Positions 8,764 through 19,590 of a stretch of 64,000 bases of DNA are shown in pieces. The stretch comes from an uncultured Candidatus Saccharibacteria bacterium (lineage in GTDB: Bacteria; Patescibacteriota; Dojkabacteria; J137), in contig CAZWRA010000001.1 of assembly GCA_964635995.1 (NCBI GenBank), positions 226 through 64,225 of the forward strand. The letters run 5' to 3'. Every line of letters starts with the position of its first letter. Within the stretch, counting starts at the first letter, position 1. The notes beneath the pieces are model-generated. The model saw only the letters and a list, made by a program, of their open reading frames with translations. It was not told the origin of the DNA and did no database searches. Made by a program: the position numbers and the translations under genes.

Positions 8764-9753
8764 TTGTTTATGAAGACTATTTACGTAAAAGATTTAACCC
8801 CAAGACAACTTTTTGAGAATGAAACATTCGCAATTTTTGAAGCTTCAAAGGGTGAGGATAGAAATGGAAAACCATATTACACCTTATTAATTGGAGATAA
8901 GACAGGAAAAGTGTCGGCTAAAATTTGGTCTGATGCTATTGAAAATATTGAGAAGGGAATAATTAAAGAAGGAAGTGTAATAGCAGTTACCGGTAAAGTA
9001 GACGAGTATAAAGGAGCTCCTCAAATTGTGATTTTAGATTGTAAGGCGATTGACGAAACCTCACTTGATGATTTTGTAGAATCAAGCATGTTTGATCCTG
9101 AAGATATGTTTAAAGATTTGAAGGTCGAAGTTGATTCCATAACAAATAAAGATTTAAAGAAAGTAATAAACCAAATTTTAGAAGTTGGTGGAGTAAAAAA
9201 TAATATAAAATACTGGCCAGCAGCTAATACAGTTCATCATGCTTTTAGGTCAGGTTTACTTCAGCATATCCTAGAAATGCTAACAATTGCTAATGGTTTA
9301 GAAAAGTTTTATCCAAATGTTGACTTTGATATTCTTAAAGCAGGTATTATATTGCATGATATTGGAAAAGTTTATGAGTTGGACGGGAAAAATATTTCTG
9401 TTCCTTACACTAGAAGAGGACAATTGCATGGGCACATTTATTTAGGAGCGAGATTATTCGAAGAAATTGCAGAAAAAGAAAAGTTAGATTCTGATATTTT
9501 AGATCATGTATTACACCTAATACTTTCACATCATGGAACTCATGAATATGGTTCTCCTGTTCTTCCAGCAACTCCAGAAGCTATACTCTTAACATATATT
9601 GATAATGTTTCAGCAAAGGCAAGAACTGCAGACTCTGTTATTCAGTCTATGGGAGATGAACAAGAATTTAGTAGAAGAGTATTCTGGTTAGAAAATGCCA
9701 AAATGTGGAACAGACCTAAAAATAATAAAGCTGACCAAATGAAACTAGTATGA
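8764..9753 (+). CDS. YhaM-like 3'-5' exoribonuclease / HD-domain phosphohydrolase with N-terminal OB-fold
   Basis: N-terminal OB-fold-like region followed by HD-domain motifs (HHAFRSGLLQHILEM, ILHDIGK, LSHHGTHEYGSP). Confidence 0.75.
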   Translation: MFMKTIYVKDLTPRQLFENETFAIFEASKGEDRNGKPYYTLLIGDKTGKVSAKIWSDAIENIEKGIIKEGSVIAVTGKVDEYKGAPQIVILDCKAIDETSLDDFVESSMFDPEDMFKDLKVEVDSITNKDLKKVINQILEVGGVKNNIKYWPAANTVHHAFRSGLLQHILEMLTIANGLEKFYPNVDFDILKAGIILHDIGKVYELDGKNISVPYTRRGQLHGHIYLGARLFEEIAEKEKLDSDILDHVLHLILSHHGTHEYGSPVLPATPEAILLTYIDNVSAKARTADSVIQSMGDEQEFSRRVFWLENAKMWNRPKNNKADQMKLV

Positions 9754-10334
9754 GATTATTTGTAGGTATATTCCCCCCAAAAGAAGTTTTAGACACCTTT
9801 AGAGACTACCTGAGGCTTTATTCTGGACAGAAGAGAAATCTTAAGTTTGCTCCTGTAGATCAGATGCATTTAACCTTAAAATATATAGGTGGCAATGTTT
9901 CTGAGGATAGTTATGAGATTATAAAGGGTCAACTTCTAAGTACTCAAAAGACAACTGGGCTAGTTGATATAAAAATTAATTCTTTAAAGTTTGGATTTAA
10001 ATATGATTCATTTCCAAGGGTATTAATGGCTCAAGTAGAAACTACAGATTCTTTAGCTGATGCTGCTGATCATTTTCATGAAGAAATTAAAAATTTAAAA
10101 CTAAAAGATACAATAAGAGTAAAAGGGAGATTTTCAAGTACTTTTCATATAACTCTAGCAAGATTAAAAGATTCTGCTTCAAGAAGTGTAGGTAAAGCAG
10201 TGCAGAATCATACTCTAAGCTTAAAAAACTATCCAAAAGATGCTTTTGTAGCTTCAGAAGCATTTTTAGTTGAATCAATAATTAGAACAGGAAAACCCGT
10301 TTTATATAAGAAGCTAGAAAAAATAGCCCTCTAA
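9750..10334 (+). CDS. thpR: RNA 2',3'-cyclic phosphodiesterase (ThpR/LigT, 2H phosphoesterase)
   Basis: Two H-x-T/S-x motifs (HLTLKY and HITLAR) at the spacing typical of LigT. About 190 aa. ATGA overlap with the upstream gene. Confidence 0.75.
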   Translation: MRLFVGIFPPKEVLDTFRDYLRLYSGQKRNLKFAPVDQMHLTLKYIGGNVSEDSYEIIKGQLLSTQKTTGLVDIKINSLKFGFKYDSFPRVLMAQVETTDSLADAADHFHEEIKNLKLKDTIRVKGRFSSTFHITLARLKDSASRSVGKAVQNHTLSLKNYPKDAFVASEAFLVESIIRTGKPVLYKKLEKIAL

Positions 10335-10648
10335 TCACCTTTATCAATAATCTTACTTGTCACGATATAACCATTTTTACTTCTACCTTCAGTAGCATTT
10401 TTTAAGTACTCTTCTCTACTTAATCCATATTCAACAGGCTTATCTTCTTCTAAAACTGTTGATTTATAGTTTGAAAGATTATGTTCGTCTGGAATATCTG
10501 TAACATCGCAATTAACGACCTCTGAGACATAGTCCAGAATATCATTGAATTCTTTTGAATATTTTTCAAGCTCATCAGAAGTTAAATCTAACTTTGCAAG
10601 ATGAGCTATTTTTAATATTTCTTCTTTAGGTACTTTTGACATAAACAA
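10331..10648 (-). CDS. gatC: Asp/Glu-tRNA amidotransferase subunit C
   Basis: About 100-aa protein with GatC-like pattern (…EEILKIAHLAKLDLTSDELEKYSKEFNDILDYV…). Confidence 0.7.
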   Translation of the reverse strand: MFMSKVPKEEILKIAHLAKLDLTSDELEKYSKEFNDILDYVSEVVNCDVTDIPDEHNLSNYKSTVLEEDKPVEYGLSREEYLKNATEGRSKNGYIVTSKIIDKGD

Positions 10649-10718
10649 TCATTGTAATTCTGAATCTAGAACTCGAAACCATACAAAAACAAGCAGGTTC
10701 ACAATTATACTAATAACC

Positions 10719-12086
10719 TTAATCTAGAGTTACTTCTTCTTTCCAATCTGGAATATGACTATTCATAATTCCTATTGAATCAAGTTCTTTATCGAATGCC
10801 TCTGATCTATCTTCTTCTGCATGGATAAGGAATACTTTCTTTAGTTTATCAGTTCTAAATCTTTCAATCCAAGCTTTGTAATCTTCTTTATCTCCATGAG
10901 CTGAGAATCCTTCGTAAGCTACTATATTAGCGTTAACATTTACTTTAGTTTTTCCAATAGTTACTGATTTCGCCCCATCCTTAAGTTGACGTCCAATAGT
11001 TCCTTCAGCTTGATAACCTACAAATAAAACTGAATTTTTAGGATTTGAAAGTCCTTCTGTTAAATGGCTAAGAATTCGTCCTCCATCAGCCATTCCACTT
11101 CCAGCTAAGATAATTTGTCCTTTTTTCTTTGTAAGTCCACTAGATTGTTTACTTCTTTTAACAAATCTTAAACTATCAAAAGTAAATAAACTTTCGTCTT
11201 TACCTGTTAGCGCAGTTAAGTAAATATAAGATACTTTCTGAGCTAAAGGACTATCTAACCATACAGGCTGGTCTTTTGCTAATTTATCTTCTTCCTGCGC
11301 TCTCTTAAAGTCATGAAGAACCTCTTGAGTTCTTTGTACAGAGAAAGTTGGAATGAACACATTTCCTCCCCTAGCCAATGTTTCATTAATAACACTAAGC
11401 ATGTCTTCAACATTATCATTTCTATTTGGGTGAACTTCACTTCCGTATAGTGATTCAATTAAAACATAGTCAGGTTCAGATCTATATTCAGTATCGAAAG
11501 TATCAATAATTGGACTTTGAAGTCTTCCAATGTCTCCAGAGAACATAATTTTTTTATTTCCAGCGCTATCTTCAATGTCAACCTCTATACTTGCAGCACC
11601 TAAAATATGACCAGCTCTTATAAATTTAACTTTAATACCTGGAACAGGCTCAATTTCATCTAGAAAGTGAACACTTTCAAACATGTGAGTAGTTTCTTCA
11701 GCATCATAAGTGTTGTAAACATATTCAACTTTGTTTGTGTATTTACCGAAAGGTTCACCTAATTTAAAGTTATTTTCCTGGATTTTTGCTGAATCCATTA
11801 AAAGAAGTGTAGCTATTTGAATTGTATGATTTGTAGCGTAAATCTTTCCTCTAAAACCATTTTTAAAAAGTTTTGGAAGCATTCCACTATGATCAATATG
11901 AGCATGAGTTAGTAAAACAAAATCAACTTCTGCAGGGTTATATGCGTAAGGTTCAAGATTCCTATGCTCTACATCAGGTCCTTGAAACATACCACAATCT
12001 ACAATAAAGTTACCTTTCTCAGTTTTAACTAGAAAGTTTGATCCGGTAACAGTCTTAGCTGCACCATGAAATCCTATCTGAATCAT
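10719..12086 (-). CDS. beta-CASP family MBL-fold ribonuclease (CPSF73/Ysh1-like, TTHA0252-type)
   Basis: N-terminus IQIGFHGAAKTVTGSNFLV…IVDCGMFQG and HxHxDH motif (LLTHAHIDHSG) characteristic of COG1236 RNA-metabolising metallo-beta-lactamases. Confidence 0.8.
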   Translation of the reverse strand: MIQIGFHGAAKTVTGSNFLVKTEKGNFIVDCGMFQGPDVEHRNLEPYAYNPAEVDFVLLTHAHIDHSGMLPKLFKNGFRGKIYATNHTIQIATLLLMDSAKIQENNFKLGEPFGKYTNKVEYVYNTYDAEETTHMFESVHFLDEIEPVPGIKVKFIRAGHILGAASIEVDIEDSAGNKKIMFSGDIGRLQSPIIDTFDTEYRSEPDYVLIESLYGSEVHPNRNDNVEDMLSVINETLARGGNVFIPTFSVQRTQEVLHDFKRAQEEDKLAKDQPVWLDSPLAQKVSYIYLTALTGKDESLFTFDSLRFVKRSKQSSGLTKKKGQIILAGSGMADGGRILSHLTEGLSNPKNSVLFVGYQAEGTIGRQLKDGAKSVTIGKTKVNVNANIVAYEGFSAHGDKEDYKAWIERFRTDKLKKVFLIHAEEDRSEAFDKELDSIGIMNSHIPDWKEEVTLD

Positions 12087-12243
12087 CAGAATATATATAA
12101 TAAATATTGTTATTTGCGCTTTTGCGCTTATCCATTTACTAAAATTCTCGGAATCGAAAACTTACGTAAATGGACAAATTCCTTAAATTTTACCAAAAAA
12201 ATGAAATTTTATCCCTTTTTTATTCTAGATAGTATAATAATCT

Positions 12244-12564
12244 ATGGTTTCAAAGGAAAATAGACTTACTAAAACAGAGATTTCAAATGCAATGGAAAAT
12301 GGTAAAAGATTTAGAAACGATCTTTTTGATTTAAAACTCCTAAAAAGTGAATCTTTATCTAAAATAGCAGTCATAATTTCAAAAAAAGTCTCTAAAAAAG
12401 CAGTAATTCGAAATAAGATCAGACGACTTATAAAGCAATGGTTTCTTGAACATTCTAATGATTTTGAGCCAAAAATGTACGTTTTTATAGCAAAAAACGA
12501 AAATATTAGAGATTTAAACACAGCTAATTTGCATGAACTAGTAAAACTAACCTTAAACAACTGA
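12244..12564 (+). CDS. rnpA: Ribonuclease P protein component
   Basis: Size (106 aa) and the RNR motif region KKAVIRNKIRRLIKQ. TATAAT-like -10 immediately upstream. No rpmH found upstream. Confidence 0.75.
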   Translation: MVSKENRLTKTEISNAMENGKRFRNDLFDLKLLKSESLSKIAVIISKKVSKKAVIRNKIRRLIKQWFLEHSNDFEPKMYVFIAKNENIRDLNTANLHELVKLTLNN

Positions 12565-13575
12565 TAAATGAGGTTTATAAGCTAAATTCCCTCCTAAAAG
12601 AGTTCTAATATCGCTAATCTTGTGTTTTGTCATTGCTAATCTGTCTAATCCAAATCCAAATGCAAATCCTTGCCACTTATCTGTATCTAACCCTGCCATT
12701 TTCATCATATTTGGATGGATAATTCCACATCCTGCCATTTCTAGCCAACCTCGTTTTTTACATACAACGCAACCTCCTCCTTTACAAAATGGACAAAGCA
12801 TATCAGCCCCAGCTCCAGGTTCAACTTCTGGATAATATTTATTTCTAAATCTAATCTGTACATCTTCTCCATAAAAGGATTTAAACATATTTGTAATTGT
12901 AGCGAATAATTCAGCCATGCTTACTTTTTCCTGAACACAAACTAACTGATACTGATGGAACAGAAAGTGATTACTTTTATTGACCTTTTCATTTCTATAA
13001 ACTCTTCCTGGCACGACTATTTTAAAAGGTGGTTCAAGATCTTCAAGTGCATGAGCTTCAACAGAAGAAGTTTGTGTTCTTAATAAAATATTAGGTTCCT
13101 CAAAGAAAATAGAATCCTGTAGATCTCTTGCTGGGTGATTTAGTGGAAGATTACATCTTTGAAAAAGATATTCATCAGTTTCAAGCTCTAAGCCATCATA
13201 AACGCTATATCCTAGTCTTTTAAAGATTTCATTTATTTCATTAATTGTTTCAGTCAAAGGGTGTAAATGACCTACTTTTACTTTCTCAATACTTAATTCA
13301 TCCTGTATTTTATTTAGGTAATCGGTACTTTTACTATCTTCAAGAGATGCTTTAGCATTGTTTATTAATGTATCTGCTTCTTCTCTTAACTTATTAACGC
13401 TTTGTCCGTATTCCTTTCTCTCATTAGGATCAATTTCTGAAATTTTAGTCATTAAATCTTTAATCTTTCCGCTTTTGCCTAAGTATTCTCTCCAAAGTTC
13501 TGTTAATTCAGCTTCTGAACTTTTTTCTTTAATTTGAGATTTAATTTCGGCTAGGATTTCTTCAAAATTACTCAT
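12553..13575 (-). CDS. pheS: Phenylalanine--tRNA ligase alpha subunit (probable start at MSNFEEIL; ORF track start 13626 likely too far upstream)
   Basis: Class II aaRS motifs (FEEPNILLRTQTSS, KIVVPGRVYRNE, GFAFGFGLDRLAM). No pheT adjacent. Confidence 0.9.
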   Translation of the reverse strand: MSNFEEILAEIKSQIKEKSSEAELTELWREYLGKSGKIKDLMTKISEIDPNERKEYGQSVNKLREEADTLINNAKASLEDSKSTDYLNKIQDELSIEKVKVGHLHPLTETINEINEIFKRLGYSVYDGLELETDEYLFQRCNLPLNHPARDLQDSIFFEEPNILLRTQTSSVEAHALEDLEPPFKIVVPGRVYRNEKVNKSNHFLFHQYQLVCVQEKVSMAELFATITNMFKSFYGEDVQIRFRNKYYPEVEPGAGADMLCPFCKGGGCVVCKKRGWLEMAGCGIIHPNMMKMAGLDTDKWQGFAFGFGLDRLAMTKHKISDIRTLLGGNLAYKPHLSVV

Positions 13576-13656
13576 TTTTAATATTAGTGATATACTTTTT
13601 TTAATGATACTTCTGAATAATATCATGTTTCAAGGATCAGAGGTAGATAACTCAAT

Positions 13657-16600
13657 ATGAAAAACCTACATGAAGCTTTAGAAAAACTAAATAAAGAACA
13701 AAGAGAAGCTGTTGAAATAATTTATGGACCAGTTATGGTTCTTGCAGGTCCTGGTACAGGTAAAACACAGATATTGGCATTAAGAATAGCCAATATATTA
13801 GACAAGGGAATTGGAGTTGATGCTAATAATATTCTTTGTCTGACTTTTACTGAAGCTGGAGCACATGCAATGAGAGAAAGACTCAAAAGTTTTATTGGAA
13901 AAGCTGCTTACAGTGTCGGAATATTTACATTTCATGGTTTTGCAAATACTGTTATTAACGATTTCCCAGAATATTTCTCTTTTTCAAGAAACTTAAATCA
14001 ATTAGATGATGTTTCTAGGTTAAAAATAATAAGACAAACTATCGATGAATTACCGAATCTAGATTATTTAAAACCCTTTTATAATCAATATGCAAAAGAA
14101 GGATTAATAATTTCAGCTATTCAAACATTAAAAAAAGAAGGTATTAATCACGAAGAACTAAATAAAAAAGTACAAGAGCTAATTAAAGAACACAAAGATA
14201 ATCCTAAATTAAATAAGCAAGGAAAACCAACAGCAGATTGGAAAAAAAGATTAGAAAAGCTTGAAAACATTTTTGAACTGGTTGATATATATGGACTTTA
14301 TCAGTCAAAGCTAACAGAAGAGGGATTTTATGATTACGAAGATATGATCCTATTTGTAGGAGATGAGCTTAAAGAAAATAACGATTTAAGATCTCATTTT
14401 TTTGAAAAATACCAATTTGTTCTAGTTGATGAATATCAAGATACAAATGGTGGTCAAAACGAAATATTAAAATGGTTATGTAGTTATGATGATTCTCCCA
14501 ATATATTTGTTGTTGGTGATGATGATCAAGCAATCTACAGATTCCAAGGAGCAAATCTAGAAAATATCCTCTCTTTTAATACTCAATATAAAGATGTAAA
14601 AACAATAGCAATTACTAAAAACTACAGATCTACACAGATTATATTAGATATTGCTTCTTCAATAATCCAAAATAATACTCAGAGGCTTTCAAACAAAATT
14701 AAAGAACTAGACAAAACTTTAGAGGCTAATTTCAAAGATCTAAATGAGGATATAGAACTACATGAATTTGAAAAAAAAGAAGATGAATATACTTTTATTG
14801 CAAGAAAAATTGAAGAGCTTTTAAAAAATGGAATTAATGCCGCTGATATAGCTGTTATATATAGGAAGAATTCACATGGATTGGAACTTAATAGAATACT
14901 TAATACCTACAATATACCAACAGATCATAAAAGCTCAGATAACATTTTAAACAGTAATTCTGTAAATAATTTAATACATCTTCTAAAAGTTATTGAGCTT
15001 TATAAAAAAAATGTAGCAGAAGATATTTATAGAGCTATGTTATTTCCTTTCTTTAAAATCCCTGTTGTTGATGTATATAAATTAGTTAATGAAAATAAAA
15101 GCGAAGATATTAGTTTTGTAGAAAAAGTATTAAATATATCTAATGAAAATGAAAATTTGTTTAGTTTTAATAATCATATTCAAAAATGGCATAGAGATTC
15201 AGCCAACCTAACAATCTCAAATCTACTTTTAAATATTATTAAAGATATAAATCTGTTTAATTTTATTCCTGAAGAAAACAATTTCGATGAAGTATTGTCA
15301 CTAATAAGTTTTTTTGATTTTGCAAAATCAATTGAAAGGATAAATGGAAACACAACACTAAATGAATTTTTAAATGATATTGAATTAATTAAAGAGAACA
15401 ACTATTCAATATCTAAAACTAAATCAGAAAAAAAAGATGGTATAAAATTATTAACAGCACATAGTTCTAAAGGCCTTGAATTTGAGCATGTTTTTATTAT
15501 TCATGCTACAGAAAATAATTGGGGAAATACAAGAAAACAAACTGAACTTTTAGATCCAGAAATTTACAACGAATTTTATGATGTTGTTGATGAAAAATTA
15601 TCAAGGTTAGAAGATGAAAGAAGACTTTTTTTTGTTGCAGTAACTAGGGCAAAAAGAAAAATATATTTTACAAAAAGTGATTATGATTCAAGTGATGATT
15701 CAAAAAAACTTAATAGAACTCAGTTCATTGAAGAGATTAATAAAGAGAAACTTTCAATTTTTGGTCCTGAGACTCATACTACTGATATAAATGATTTAAA
15801 GAAACTAATTCAAATTCCGGAGTTAGAATCTTATAGCAAGCAAGAGCAAGAATACTTATTAAGCAGAATAGAAAACTTTTCTCTAAGCGCAACTGCACTA
15901 AACGATTACATAGAATCTCCTCTTAAATTTAAGGAAAGGCATTTAATTCGTATCCCTTCTGCAAAAAATAAGCATGTTGCTATGGGTACTGGTATTCACG
16001 CTGCTTTAGAGTTATTAAATATTAAATTAATTAAGGAACAGAATCTTGAGAAAATTTCTTTAGCTGAGCTTGAGAGTACTTATAGAGCAGTTCTAAAAAA
16101 GGAATTTGAAGGAGATGAGGAGTATGAAATAACCCTAGAAGAAGGAATTAGTATTCTAAAAAATTATTATGAATACTATATTAAAACAGGTAGCTTCAAA
16201 ATTCCTGTAGATGCTGAATACAATTTTAGAAACCATAATGTAATATTAGATATTGAAGAAGGAGAATCTGTAAGACTAAGCGGGAAAATTGATAAAGTTG
16301 AACTTATTGATAAAGATACAAACTCTGTAAGGATAGTTGATTATAAGACTTCAAAACCTCAAACAGAAAATCAGATAAAGGGTAATACAAAAAATTCAGA
16401 TGGGAGGCACTGGAGACAATTAGTCTTTTACAAGCTCTTGTGTGAATTAGATCCAAACTTTAAACCGAAAGATAAATATAATTCTTTAAAATACATATGT
16501 GATGAGGTGCAAATTGATTATTTACGAGATGATAAAGGGAAATATGTTAAGAGAACTTTTAAAGTAAACCAAGATGATCTTATTGAACTGAAAAAAGTAA

Positions 16601-16680
16601 TCAAGGAAGTTATGAAGAATATTAGAAAATTGAACTTTCCGAAGGAGCCAGTAATAGATCTAAAAAATTTAAACATTTAA
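13657..16680 (+). CDS. UvrD/PcrA-family SF1 DNA helicase with C-terminal PD-(D/E)xK (RecB-like) nuclease domain
   Basis: Helicase motifs I (GPGTGKT), II (VLVDEYQDTN), III (VVGDDDQAIYRFQGA), IV (TKNYRS), V/VI (TAHSSKGLEFEHVFI, VTRAKRKIYF). C-terminal RecB-nuclease-like motif (IVDYKTSKP … QLVFY). Confidence 0.85.
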   Translation: MKNLHEALEKLNKEQREAVEIIYGPVMVLAGPGTGKTQILALRIANILDKGIGVDANNILCLTFTEAGAHAMRERLKSFIGKAAYSVGIFTFHGFANTVINDFPEYFSFSRNLNQLDDVSRLKIIRQTIDELPNLDYLKPFYNQYAKEGLIISAIQTLKKEGINHEELNKKVQELIKEHKDNPKLNKQGKPTADWKKRLEKLENIFELVDIYGLYQSKLTEEGFYDYEDMILFVGDELKENNDLRSHFFEKYQFVLVDEYQDTNGGQNEILKWLCSYDDSPNIFVVGDDDQAIYRFQGANLENILSFNTQYKDVKTIAITKNYRSTQIILDIASSIIQNNTQRLSNKIKELDKTLEANFKDLNEDIELHEFEKKEDEYTFIARKIEELLKNGINAADIAVIYRKNSHGLELNRILNTYNIPTDHKSSDNILNSNSVNNLIHLLKVIELYKKNVAEDIYRAMLFPFFKIPVVDVYKLVNENKSEDISFVEKVLNISNENENLFSFNNHIQKWHRDSANLTISNLLLNIIKDINLFNFIPEENNFDEVLSLISFFDFAKSIERINGNTTLNEFLNDIELIKENNYSISKTKSEKKDGIKLLTAHSSKGLEFEHVFIIHATENNWGNTRKQTELLDPEIYNEFYDVVDEKLSRLEDERRLFFVAVTRAKRKIYFTKSDYDSSDDSKKLNRTQFIEEINKEKLSIFGPETHTTDINDLKKLIQIPELESYSKQEQEYLLSRIENFSLSATALNDYIESPLKFKERHLIRIPSAKNKHVAMGTGIHAALELLNIKLIKEQNLEKISLAELESTYRAVLKKEFEGDEEYEITLEEGISILKNYYEYYIKTGSFKIPVDAEYNFRNHNVILDIEEGESVRLSGKIDKVELIDKDTNSVRIVDYKTSKPQTENQIKGNTKNSDGRHWRQLVFYKLLCELDPNFKPKDKYNSLKYICDEVQIDYLRDDKGKYVKRTFKVNQDDLIELKKVIKEVMKNIRKLNFPKEPVIDLKNLNI

Positions 16681-17511
16681 ATTCAGCTTTTCCTTTTTAC
16701 TTGATTCAATATTTCTTGTAGGCATTGGAATTAACATGCTGGTACATTTTTTATATCGTTCATAATAAGCATTTCCTGCATACTTCTTTTCAATTCTAGG
16801 AATTCCAGTTATAAACAATAACGCTACAGTTAAATATAGAGGGCTTATAAATGAAAGAAACCCCATTGGATAATTTATTACAAAAATAAATAATCCAAAC
16901 CACATTAAAATTTCTCCGAAATAGTTAGGGTGCCTTGAGTATTTCCAAAGTCCATATTTCATAACCTTTCCAGTCCATCCAAGTTTCTTTTTCTCATCAA
17001 TATCCAGATGCTTAAATTTAAACAATTGGTAATCTGCAACAAACTCTATACTAAATCCTATGATCCATATTCCTATTCCAATAGTAGGCAATAAGTAGTC
17101 ATCAAGACTTTCTGCATAAGTGTTTACTGCAACAATTGGGAATGAAATTATTAATAAAGATATTGCTTGCAGAAGAAAAACTTTAAAAAATACATTCCAC
17201 CAAATATCAGTTTTCCAAAGCTTTCTTAATTCAGAATATCTACTATCTTCACCCTTATGCCACTGTCTCATAGTTATATGAAGTGACAATCTTGTAGACC
17301 ATACCAAAACTAGATTAAAAAGCAGTAGTGTTGCATTATTTAGGTTATCGTTATAAAGAATTGAAGCAGAGCTTACGACAACAAAGCCAATACCCCAAGC
17401 TATATCTACAACACCAATGTTATTTTTTAAAATAGCAAAAAGATACCAGAGGAAGAAATACACAAGTATAACAACAGTCACTACTAAGTAAGTCTCTAAC
17501 AGAACCTCCAT
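16669..17511 (-). CDS. DUF1295 / steroid-5-alpha-reductase-like integral membrane protein (possible methyltransferase/reductase fold)
   Basis: Multi-TM protein with C-terminal YSRHPNYFGEILMWFGLF motif typical of the DUF1295/PEMT/ICMT-like superfamily. Confidence 0.6.
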   Translation of the reverse strand: MEVLLETYLVVTVVILVYFFLWYLFAILKNNIGVVDIAWGIGFVVVSSASILYNDNLNNATLLLFNLVLVWSTRLSLHITMRQWHKGEDSRYSELRKLWKTDIWWNVFFKVFLLQAISLLIISFPIVAVNTYAESLDDYLLPTIGIGIWIIGFSIEFVADYQLFKFKHLDIDEKKKLGWTGKVMKYGLWKYSRHPNYFGEILMWFGLFIFVINYPMGFLSFISPLYLTVALLFITGIPRIEKKYAGNAYYERYKKCTSMLIPMPTRNIESSKKEKLNLNV

Positions 17512-17563
17512 AATTGAAAAATTACTATATTAATTTGCCTTAATAAAATAGTGATGTCAACTA

Positions 17564-18298
17564 TTACCTAAGGTTAAACTTTATTATCTCAATTAATGCC
17601 TTCATCCCATCTTTGAATGCATGCATTTTCTTACCCTCTTTAAAAGTTCTTGGATAGTAACTTATAGGAATTTGATAAAATTTAAGGTGTTTACCTTTTA
17701 TCTTATATTTTGAGAACTTAGAAGTCATTTCAGGTTCAAGGCCGAAAGTTGATTTTGATTCAATTGTTTTTCCTATTTCTCTAAAAATATCTCCTTTAGA
17801 CATCTTGTAACAAACTTCCATGTCTCTTGTCCAAATTCCAGCTCTTAATCCAGTAAACAAAGAAGAAAAAAAGCTCAAGGCTGTATTTCCTATCCAATTC
17901 TGAATATAAATTACCTTGTTATTTTTTCCGAATCTATTTCCATATATTAAATCAACATCTGAATTTTGAAATTTCTCAACAAATGACAATAAATCGCTTG
18001 GATCATATTCAGAATCTGCATCCTGAATAACAACAAGATCTCCAGTAGTTTCAACAATCCCTCTTCTAACACTTTGGCTTTTTCCTAAGTTCTTTTCGTT
18101 ATGTAAAATTTTAAATCCTTCTTTTCCTTCAAATTCTTTAAGTATTTGAGCAGTGCTGTCTTTTGACCAATCATTAACAATAACAAGTTCTTTTTCTACT
18201 CCATAATCTAAAGACTGAATTTTATCTATAATTGTCCTAATGTTTTTCTCTTCGTTATAAGCTGGAACAACAAAAGATAGATTCTGATATTTCGACAT
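17564..18298 (-). CDS. Family 2 glycosyltransferase (polyprenol-phosphate sugar transferase-like)
   Basis: GT2 signature: SFVVPAYNEEKNI…VIVNDWSKDST…IQDADSEYDP (DxD). Confidence 0.85.
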   Translation of the reverse strand: MSKYQNLSFVVPAYNEEKNIRTIIDKIQSLDYGVEKELVIVNDWSKDSTAQILKEFEGKEGFKILHNEKNLGKSQSVRRGIVETTGDLVVIQDADSEYDPSDLLSFVEKFQNSDVDLIYGNRFGKNNKVIYIQNWIGNTALSFFSSLFTGLRAGIWTRDMEVCYKMSKGDIFREIGKTIESKSTFGLEPEMTSKFSKYKIKGKHLKFYQIPISYYPRTFKEGKKMHAFKDGMKALIEIIKFNLR

Positions 18299-18302
18299 GA
18301 AT

Positions 18303-18887
18303 TTAACTTAACTTTGGTTTGTAGTCATTATTATATCTTTCTATGCATTCTTCAATAATTTTATTTGTTTCTTCAATATCATGGAATCCTAAAACCTTAC
18401 ATTTTCCAGGCTTCTTTAAATCTTTGTAATGTTCCCAATAATAAGTGGTTTCAGTTTCGAAATATTCACCAAGATCTGAAATAGAATTAATATGAGAAAC
18501 TCTTTTATCATCATTTAAAACACAGATAACCTTATCATCTCTCTCACCACCATCCTCAAAAGTCATTATTCCAATAATTCTAGCTTCAACAAGAGAACCT
18601 GGAACTAAAGGTTCTGTAACATTTACTATTTCTACATCTAAAGGATCACCGTCTTCATCCCAAGTCATAGGAAGTGCTCCATATGCAAAAGGATAAGAAA
18701 GTGAAGAATATCCAACTCGATCTAATTTTAAATGTCCTGTTTCTGTAACAAGTTCGTATTTATTTATTGTATGAGAATTTAACTCAATTATGCAATTAAT
18801 AACATTTTCCTCTTTATTTGCGTAAGCAGGTAAAACATGTAAAAGATTAGGCATTGAAGTGCTTGGCTTTATGTCTATATTCGCCAT
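18303..18887 (-). CDS. ppa: Inorganic pyrophosphatase (family I)
   Basis: Conserved PPase motifs YPFAYGALPMTWDEDGDPLDVEIV and …DDKVICVL… plus YYWEHYKDL. Confidence 0.8.
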   Translation of the reverse strand: MANIDIKPSTSMPNLLHVLPAYANKEENVINCIIELNSHTINKYELVTETGHLKLDRVGYSSLSYPFAYGALPMTWDEDGDPLDVEIVNVTEPLVPGSLVEARIIGIMTFEDGGERDDKVICVLNDDKRVSHINSISDLGEYFETETTYYWEHYKDLKKPGKCKVLGFHDIEETNKIIEECIERYNNDYKPKLS

Positions 18888-18960
18888 AAAAAATTATTAA
18901 TATCTAAATGTTGAAACTAATGTATTATGATAAGTATACTATATGAAATAGTAAATTATT

Positions 18961-19590
18961 ATGTCTGATTATAATCTAAGTCAAAAGATATTTGTAGCTG
19001 TATCTATACTTTCTACAATAATTTTCTTTATTTTTGTGGTATATTTTGTACAAAATGTAGTTAGCGCAAATGGGAGTGTATTAGGAACCCAATCATCTTT
19101 ATTAGACGTAGACTCAGGAAGCTCAAAAAACTTACCTATAAATAAAATTATTAATATTCAAAATAAAAGTATTATCTCACCTGAAAAAGGAGTGACTATA
19201 GTTGCTCATGAGGCAAGTTTTTTATATAGCCCAGGAAGTCTGAATCTCCTGAAAGGTAGTTTTTTTATTCAAACAAATAAACCCTTTGAAGTATTAGTAG
19301 ACAACGATATTATAAAAATTCTTGAACCAGGTTCAAGCTATTTTACGAAAAATGAAGGAGAAATTTATGTTTTTGATGGAATTTTAAGGTCAAATAGTGA
19401 TATTTACGCAGAAGAAGGTCAAAGTTTAAATTTATTTATTCAAAGACAACCAGTTTCTTTATTTAATCTAAATGAATTATCAGAAGACATTGTATTCAAA
19501 GAAATTATCTATACTTTATATGATAATAATATTCTTCCTGATTCATTAAATGAATTAGCTCCAATACCTAAGTTCGTCAGAAGCTTTTAA
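18961..19590 (+). CDS. Membrane-anchored / secreted hypothetical protein
   Basis: N-terminal hydrophobic helix, no recognisable domain. Converges on ychF with a 4-nt overlap. Confidence 0.4.
   Translation: MSDYNLSQKIFVAVSILSTIIFFIFVVYFVQNVVSANGSVLGTQSSLLDVDSGSSKNLPINKIINIQNKSIISPEKGVTIVAHEASFLYSPGSLNLLKGSFFIQTNKPFEVLVDNDIIKILEPGSSYFTKNEGEIYVFDGILRSNSDIYAEEGQSLNLFIQRQPVSLFNLNELSEDIVFKEIIYTLYDNNILPDSLNELAPIPKFVRSF

Noticed and set aside
12225-12560. 111-aa minus-strand ORF
   Set aside because: Antisense to rnpA, which has the conserved RNase P protein motif. Also the 65-aa ORF 12066..12263 spans the intergenic promoter region. Both spurious.
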